Assembly: GCA_964619725.1 (NCBI GenBank)
Contig: CAZUFC010000036.1
Span: 12,254 to 44,003, forward strand
Source: an uncultured bacterium
GTDB taxonomy: Bacteria; CSSED10-310; CAZUFC01
Length of the DNA stretch: 31,750 nucleotides
Direction of reading: 5' to 3'
This document shows, in pieces, positions 26,092-31,750 of this stretch. The position numbers and the translations under genes are program-made. Within the stretch, counting starts at the first letter, position 1. Each line of letters opens with the position of its first letter. Below the pieces are notes generated by a model that saw only the letters and a list, made by a program, of their open reading frames with translations, was not told the DNA's origin and made no database searches.

Positions 26092-27888
26092 ATGATCAAA
26101 TTCAGATATGTCACAGTCGCAGTCGTGATGATAATGAGCATTTTCCTGTCGTGGGCTGTGCTGGGCGAAATGAAGCAACTGGAAGGAGCTTCGCCGAAGG
26201 AAGCAATCAATGTAATACTCATATCCCTGGATACGCTGAGGGCCGATTATGTAGGAATATACGGGAACCCGGAGCCGCTGACGCCGTTTTTGGATGAGCT
26301 TTTGTCAGAAAACGTATGGTTCAGGGACTGTATCGTTCAGGCCCCCTGGACGCTTGCTTCCCACATGAGTTTATTAACATCTCAATACCCCAACGTACAT
26401 AACGTCAACCTGGCGGAAGCCAAGCTTGCGGAAGGCAAAAAAACGCTGGCTCATTATCTGAGCGAATACGGATATTATACGAAAGGAATTATCAGCAATC
26501 CTTTTTTGAGTCATGGATTCGGTTTTCACCGGGGATTCGACGCCTACAATGACGCGGGCAAAAAACACGGTTATCAGAGCACGCAACAATTTGTTCAGTG
26601 GGTGGAAGGCGCGCACAATAAAAATCAGCCGTTTTTTCTTTTTCTTCATTACAATGATCCGCACATGCCGTACCAGGCGCCGACGCCGTTCTATAATCTT
26701 TTCGACAGAGAATACGAAGGATCGGTGTCCGGGTCGAGAAACGACATAGTGAAGTATGTGCGACGGCCCATAGAGGAACGGGACCTTCAGCACATCAGGA
26801 ATCTTTACGGCGATGAGGTCCGGTATCTCGACAACCAGCTCTACCAGGTTTTCTGCATATTAAAAGAACTGGGCCTGTATGAAGACAGCCTGATAATAAT
26901 GACTGCGGATCACGGAGAAGAATTCAAGGAACACGGAAAGCTGGAACACAATCAGACCCTTTACGAAGAATTGATACGATCGCCCCTTGTCATTAAATTT
27001 CCTGAAAAAATGAACATCCGGCCGCGCATGATATCACGCCAGGTCAAAAACATAGACCTCCTGCCCACGATATTGGACGTCGTCGGAGCTCCCATACCGG
27101 AAGATTCCGTGCAGGGACAATCCCTTCTTCCGTTAATACTTGAGGAACCCGGAACGGAAAATTTCAATCACATGATTTTCTCCGAAAGCGCCAACACGCA
27201 CAAAGTATCGATTCGCAGCGAAAATTGGAAATATATTTACGATCGACGATATGACCAGGAAGAATTATACAATCTGGAAACGGACCCGGAAGAAAGACAA
27301 AACCTTATTTCATCCGAACCTGAACTGGCCGCGGAACTTTCCGAACTGGTAAATAATTACATGATGCAGGCTCAGAGCGGCTGGCATCTGAGGACGCGTT
27401 ATCCTTTTAACATACGCGGAGTTCTGAGGACGACGGGACGTTTTACGCCTGTAAAGGCTTTTACGATTGAAGAAGATGATTCATTGGAAGTTTCCGGGGA
27501 CCAGAAGGAGATTTTTTTCAATTTCAAAAGTGAAAAAAGAGCCGACACTCTGGACGGAATCGATTTCAATCTTCTGCCGTCCGATGCTGCACTTGAACTG
27601 GAAATCCTCGACGCCGGGGACCTTTCGATATCATCCGCGCTTTCCAGAATCTATATCGGCAGCCGGTACGCAAAACCGTCGAAGCATCCCGTTCCATTGA
27701 CTGGCGAACGTCTTACCGCAGACCCTCTAGTCGATATAACCGATCTGATAATCATTACGAAAAGCCGAAGGGGAAAAATTCCCGGTCTTTACATCTGGAA
27801 ATTGCGCGACAGGGAGCAGAAAATTCAATGGGCCGACATAGATCAAAATACTCGCCAACGACTGGAAAGCCTCGGTTATTTCCGGTGA
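26092..27888 (+). CDS. membrane-anchored or exported sulfatase-like hydrolase/transferase (alkaline-phosphatase superfamily, Thr at the nucleophile position)
   Basis: NVILISLDTLRAD, TPFLD, QAPWTLASHMSLLTS (no CxPxR), FLHYNDPHMPY, TADHGEEF, LYEELIRSPL, ELYNLETDPEE; N-terminal hydrophobic segment; ends RQRLESLGYFR. Start at ATG 26092 (GAGGA SD). Confidence 0.9.
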   Translation: MIKFRYVTVAVVMIMSIFLSWAVLGEMKQLEGASPKEAINVILISLDTLRADYVGIYGNPEPLTPFLDELLSENVWFRDCIVQAPWTLASHMSLLTSQYPNVHNVNLAEAKLAEGKKTLAHYLSEYGYYTKGIISNPFLSHGFGFHRGFDAYNDAGKKHGYQSTQQFVQWVEGAHNKNQPFFLFLHYNDPHMPYQAPTPFYNLFDREYEGSVSGSRNDIVKYVRRPIEERDLQHIRNLYGDEVRYLDNQLYQVFCILKELGLYEDSLIIMTADHGEEFKEHGKLEHNQTLYEELIRSPLVIKFPEKMNIRPRMISRQVKNIDLLPTILDVVGAPIPEDSVQGQSLLPLILEEPGTENFNHMIFSESANTHKVSIRSENWKYIYDRRYDQEELYNLETDPEERQNLISSEPELAAELSELVNNYMMQAQSGWHLRTRYPFNIRGVLRTTGRFTPVKAFTIEEDDSLEVSGDQKEIFFNFKSEKRADTLDGIDFNLLPSDAALELEILDAGDLSISSALSRIYIGSRYAKPSKHPVPLTGERLTADPLVDITDLIIITKSRRGKIPGLYIWKLRDREQKIQWADIDQNTRQRLESLGYFR

Positions 27889-27925
27889 TTTCATCAGCAA
27901 ACTGTAAAAGAAATAACGATTAGGG

Positions 27926-27954
27926 TTGACAGGAACGCTTTCCGGGAGTAAAAG
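27926..27954 (+). promoter_or_regulatory. possible sigma70 promoter for sat
   Basis: TTGACA-17 bp-TAAAAG in the 217-bp gap before sat. Confidence 0.45.
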
Positions 27955-28105
27955 AATCTTCCTTGCTCATCGTAAGATTGATGCAGGGTATTTTGATCAA
28001 TTAATCGAGATGTCGTCGAGGTTCGATTTCACCTGGAAAGAGAAGATTCACGGATCGAATCGCGACGATGATAATTTTAATTTTTCGTATTTTGGGGAGG
28101 TTGTT

Positions 28106-29257
28106 ATGCTGATCAGGCCTCATGGAGGAAAGCTCGTTAATCGGATGGTTACGGCGAGAGAGAAAGAAGAATTAATGAATCAATGCAGCGATTTGGTTCA
28201 AATTTCTTTGTCGGATGACAAATTGAAAGAAGTCAGGAACATCGCTCACGGCGTTTTCAGTCCCCTGGAAGGTTTTATGACCCGTTTGGACCTTGATCCC
28301 GTCGTCACCGACAGCAGGCTCTCCGACAATAATTATTGGACGGTGCCGATACTGCTGGCCGTCGACCGGAATCTGGTCGAAAAACTGGAAATGAACTCAA
28401 AAGCGGCGCTGACCGATTCTGAAGGAAAAATCTACGGGGCATTGACCATTGAAGATATATTTGAATACGACAAGAAGAAAATGGCCAAAAGCGTGTTCGG
28501 AACGGAAGATGCCGAACATCCCGGAGTAGCTAAAATTTATGGTGAAGGCGATTATTACATCGGCGGACCTATCGACCTGTTTGAAGCGCCTCCCACGCCT
28601 TATGACGACAATTACCTCTCCCCCAGGGAAACCCGTTACCTGTTCAACCGCCTGGGCTTCAGAACAGTAGCCGCCTTTCAGACGAGAAATCCTCCTCACA
28701 GAGCACACGAATACCTCCAAAAATGCGCTCTTGAAGTCTGCGACGGTTTGTTCATTAACCCTGTCATCGGAAAGAAAAAAGTGGGCGATTTTACCGACCA
28801 TCTCATTCTTAAAACTTACAGAAAACTGATCGAAGCGTTTTATCCGAAAGATAGGGCCGTTCTCAGCATACTTCCCTGGGAGATGAGATACGCGGGTCCC
28901 AAGGAAGCTATTTTCCACGGCATCGTCAGAAAGAATTTCGGCTGCTCGCATCACATTATCGGTCGCGATCACGCGGGAGTCGGCGATTATTACGGCACAT
29001 TCGACGCGCAGGAGATTTTCTCGGAGTTTCCCGGACTTGAAATCGAACCCCTGAAATTCGAACACTCCTTTTATTGCGTAAAGTGCGGAAATATGGGAAC
29101 GTGCAAAACCTGCCCCCATCCCAATGAGGACCACGTTAATCCCAGCGGAACGAAAATCAGAGGCGTCGTTACCGAAGGCGCTGAAGTGTCGCCCAAGATA
29201 ATGCGTCCGGAAATAGCCGGAATTATCGCTTCAGACGATGACCCATTTGTGAAATGA
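28106..29257 (+). CDS. sat: sulfate adenylyltransferase (ATP sulfurylase, Sat type)
   Basis: PHGGKLVNR, FSPLEGFM, HPGV, FQTRNPPHRAHEY, MRYAGPKEA, GRDHAGVG, Zn-site CVKC...CPH, SGTKIR. Start at ATG 28106 (GGGGAGGT SD); the ORF track start at 27926 is too long. Confidence 0.98.
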   Translation: MLIRPHGGKLVNRMVTAREKEELMNQCSDLVQISLSDDKLKEVRNIAHGVFSPLEGFMTRLDLDPVVTDSRLSDNNYWTVPILLAVDRNLVEKLEMNSKAALTDSEGKIYGALTIEDIFEYDKKKMAKSVFGTEDAEHPGVAKIYGEGDYYIGGPIDLFEAPPTPYDDNYLSPRETRYLFNRLGFRTVAAFQTRNPPHRAHEYLQKCALEVCDGLFINPVIGKKKVGDFTDHLILKTYRKLIEAFYPKDRAVLSILPWEMRYAGPKEAIFHGIVRKNFGCSHHIIGRDHAGVGDYYGTFDAQEIFSEFPGLEIEPLKFEHSFYCVKCGNMGTCKTCPHPNEDHVNPSGTKIRGVVTEGAEVSPKIMRPEIAGIIASDDDPFVK

Positions 29258-29399
29258 GACGGATGTATGCCGGATACTAAAATGCGGAAAACAATTCACA
29301 ATGAATGATTCACGGAGCTCTTTCAGAACCATCAGGTTAAAAAACTTCAAAAACAGCCGCTGAATCGTCGAACGCATTGTCGCACCGGAATAAACAGCC

Positions 29400-30797
29400 A
29401 TGACCAGAACTCAAAAAAAACTCGTAGTAATAGGACTCGACTGCGCTTCCCCCGAACTGATCTTTGAAAAATGGATCGATGACCTGCCCAATTTCCGCAG
29501 ATTGATATCCTCAGCCGTATACGGTCGCCTGAAAAGCACTATCCCTCCCATCACTATTCCCGCCTGGGCATCCATGCTGACGGGCATGTCGCCCGGACAC
29601 CTGGGCGTATACGGCTTCCGGAACCGCCGATCACATAAATACGGCGATGAATCCTTCGCCGTATCAAGCTCCGTCAGATACCCCATGATCTGGGAACTGC
29701 TGTCCAATTTCGGAAAATCTTCCGTCGTGATCGGCGTTCCCCAGACTTATCCGCCCAAACCATTCAACGGCAAACTCGTTTCAGGTCTGCTTACGCCGGG
29801 AAATCAGGCGCCTTATACGCATCCCCTCAGCCTTAAACAGGAACTTGAAAATAAATTCGGCGACATTATCTTCGATATCGATCACTTTCGTGAGCTGGAC
29901 AAACGAAAACTGGCCGAAAGAATACGTGAAATGTCCGATCAGCGTTTCGCCCTGGCTGATTACCTGATGCAAAACAGTAAATGGGATTTCTCGATCTTCG
30001 TCGATATGGGTCCAGACAGACTCCACCACGGATTCTGGAAATACATGGATGAAACTCATCCCAAACATAACCCGGACTCGCCTTTCGCAGACATCATTAA
30101 GGATTACTACAAACACCTGGACACACTGATCGGCAATCTCACCGCTCAACTCGATCCCGATACCGCCGTTATTATCGTATCAGACCACGGAGCCCAGGCC
30201 ATGCACGGCGGAGTCTGCCTCAATGAATGGCTGAGGAAAAAAGGTCTTCTGACCCTTAAACAGGAACCTGAAAAACCTTCCCCGCTCAATTTCGATATGA
30301 TCGACTGGAAAAATACGAAAGCCTGGGGTTACGGCGGATACTGCGGTCGGATTTGTCTGAACGTTGTAAATCGAGAACCTGAAGGCACTGTTGAGCAGCA
30401 GGACTTCGAAAAAATGAAAAATTCCATCGCTGAAAACCTGATCTCTATTAAAAGACCGGACGGCTCTCCTATGAACAACAGGATTTTCGATCCGCGAAAA
30501 ATTTACTCGCCCGCCAACGGAATACCCCCGGACCTCATCGTCTACTTCGATGACCTGAAATGGCGCTCCGTCGGCAGCGTCGGGACAGACTCAATCTATA
30601 CCTTCGAAAACGACCTGGGCCCCGACGACGCAAACCACTCCGAATACGGCATCTATATACTCCATTCGCCTCATTTCAATAAATCAGTATCGCACGAATC
30701 AAACCTGTTGAATATTACGCCGACTATTCTTCAGTACTTCAATCTGCCCTCGCCGGACAGACTTATAGGTCAACCTATAACGGCAGATTTCAGATAA
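29400..30797 (+). CDS. cytoplasmic alkaline-phosphatase-superfamily protein (NPP/type I phosphodiesterase-like, COG3379-type)
   Basis: VVIGLDCA, LKSTIPPITIPAWASMLTG..PG..GVYGF, DRLHHGFW, IIVSDHG, DDANHSEYGI, ITPTIL; no signal peptide. Confidence 0.9.
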   Translation: MTRTQKKLVVIGLDCASPELIFEKWIDDLPNFRRLISSAVYGRLKSTIPPITIPAWASMLTGMSPGHLGVYGFRNRRSHKYGDESFAVSSSVRYPMIWELLSNFGKSSVVIGVPQTYPPKPFNGKLVSGLLTPGNQAPYTHPLSLKQELENKFGDIIFDIDHFRELDKRKLAERIREMSDQRFALADYLMQNSKWDFSIFVDMGPDRLHHGFWKYMDETHPKHNPDSPFADIIKDYYKHLDTLIGNLTAQLDPDTAVIIVSDHGAQAMHGGVCLNEWLRKKGLLTLKQEPEKPSPLNFDMIDWKNTKAWGYGGYCGRICLNVVNREPEGTVEQQDFEKMKNSIAENLISIKRPDGSPMNNRIFDPRKIYSPANGIPPDLIVYFDDLKWRSVGSVGTDSIYTFENDLGPDDANHSEYGIYILHSPHFNKSVSHESNLLNITPTILQYFNLPSPDRLIGQPITADFR

Positions 30798-30877
30798 AAT
30801 ATTATGAACGTAAATCTCATCACTGAAAATATTCTTCATTTTCAACAAAAAACACACCCTTGAAGGAGGTTGTCATC

Positions 30878-31492
30878 GTGGAACACCCCGGATTCACTCT
30901 TTGGTTCACAGGATTACCCTGCTCAGGAAAAACCACCCTCGCCGATCACGTCGCTGATCGACTGAAAAAGCTGGGAATGAATATTGAACGCCTGGACGGA
31001 GATATCGTCCGTAAAGGTCTTACCAGGGACCTCGGATTCTCAAAAGAAGACAGAGACATGAACATCGAACGAGTCACCTTCGTGGCCAAACTGCTCAGCA
31101 GGAACAATGTGGGCGTTCTGCTTTCCTTCGTCTCCCCTTACATTAAAGCCAGGGACAACGCCAGAAAAGAATGTACCAATTTTATCGAAGTATTCGTAAA
31201 AGTTTCCCTGGAAGAAGCGGAAAAACGTGACGTCAAAGGTATGTATAAAAAAGCCAGGCAGGGAATCATAAAGGATTTCACGGGCGTCGACGACCCCTAT
31301 GAAGAACCGCCTCGTGCCGAAATCATCGTGGACACCGACGTCGAATCCCTCGAGGAAAGCTCGGATAAAGTCGTTGATAAACTGAAAGAATTAGGTTTCA
31401 TACCGACTGAAGAAGCAGACGTCTTTTCTAAAGAAGAAGAAGAAACAATTAAAGCAAGACTCGAAAACCTGGGATACCTGGATCGGAACTGA
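30878..31492 (+). CDS. cysC: adenylyl-sulfate (APS) kinase
   Basis: WFTGLPCSGKTT, LDGDIVR, DLGFSKEDRDMNIER, RDVKGMY, FTGVDDPYEEP; GTG start at 30878 with AAGGAGGT SD; extra C-terminal tail. Confidence 0.98.
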   Translation: MEHPGFTLWFTGLPCSGKTTLADHVADRLKKLGMNIERLDGDIVRKGLTRDLGFSKEDRDMNIERVTFVAKLLSRNNVGVLLSFVSPYIKARDNARKECTNFIEVFVKVSLEEAEKRDVKGMYKKARQGIIKDFTGVDDPYEEPPRAEIIVDTDVESLEESSDKVVDKLKELGFIPTEEADVFSKEEEETIKARLENLGYLDRN

Positions 31493-31535
31493 ATCAGTAA
31501 GCGCCTGTTCATATTGTCGCGTCCAGACAGAAATT

Positions 31536-31750
31536 TCAGAGCCGGCCAGGAACTGCTGTTTCGCAAGGAGCATCTGGAATTAAAAGGTGTTCGAACTTCA
31601 CATCCGTAAGCGATTCAAGGCCCGGTTCCAATGTAATCGGCTGAAGGATATCTCCATAGTTCGGACGCACAGCCTGGGAGCGGGGGATTGTTTTTCCTTG
31701 AGGTTTTTTGAGCGATTGCTGGATTCTCGTCAAACATTTCACAATTACCC
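31536..31750 (-). CDS. possible 3' end of a CDS entering from the right edge, unknown function
   Basis: Minus-strand frame is open from the window end to the stop at 31536 and converges on cysC; no recognisable motif. Confidence 0.35.
   Translation of the reverse strand, partial: VIVKCLTRIQQSLKKPQGKTIPRSQAVRPNYGDILQPITLEPGLESLTDVKFEHLLIPDAPCETAVPGRL

Noticed and set aside
28397-29134. 245-aa minus-strand ORF
   Set aside because: Antisense shadow of sat.
28106-29257. sat as evidence of dissimilatory sulfate reduction
   Set aside because: Clustered with cysC rather than aprAB/qmo, which points to PAPS synthesis.

Overview
Bacterial chromosomal window, probably from a diderm (a likely outer-membrane beta-barrel protein, HflKC and a sigma54-type promoter are present). 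It holds about 18 complete CDS and no rRNA, tRNA, CRISPR array or transposase. Housekeeping genes: khpA, rpsR, hflK, hflC, fabD, a CLC-CBS-TrkA_C transporter. Envelope or secreted proteins: a GT-C-like membrane glycosyltransferase, a GT2, a 994-aa putative OM protein, a DUF3857/transglutaminase-like protein, a 5'-nucleotidase, and a secreted Pro/Thr-linker protein. Sulfate activation: a co-oriented cluster of a Thr-type sulfatase-like gene, sat, an AlkP/NPP-family gene and cysC. Main observations: (1) two unrelated secreted proteins 14 kb apart end in the same ~120-aa C-terminal domain, a candidate undescribed sorting or anchoring module; (2) the PAPS-making cluster has no reductase or classical sulfotransferase, but has two Thr-nucleophile alkaline-phosphatase-superfamily enzymes, and an RLExLGY tail is shared by CysC and the sulfatase-like protein; (3) three apparent pseudo-enzymes (PilB/GspE-like ATPase, Ser/Thr kinase-HDOD-GAF, transglutaminase-like); (4) a family of palindromic MITE/REP-like elements in many intergenic spaces, including a composite whose junction recurs; (5) an atypical khpA-rpsR unit. 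All family assignments come from motifs read by eye; no database searches were run.
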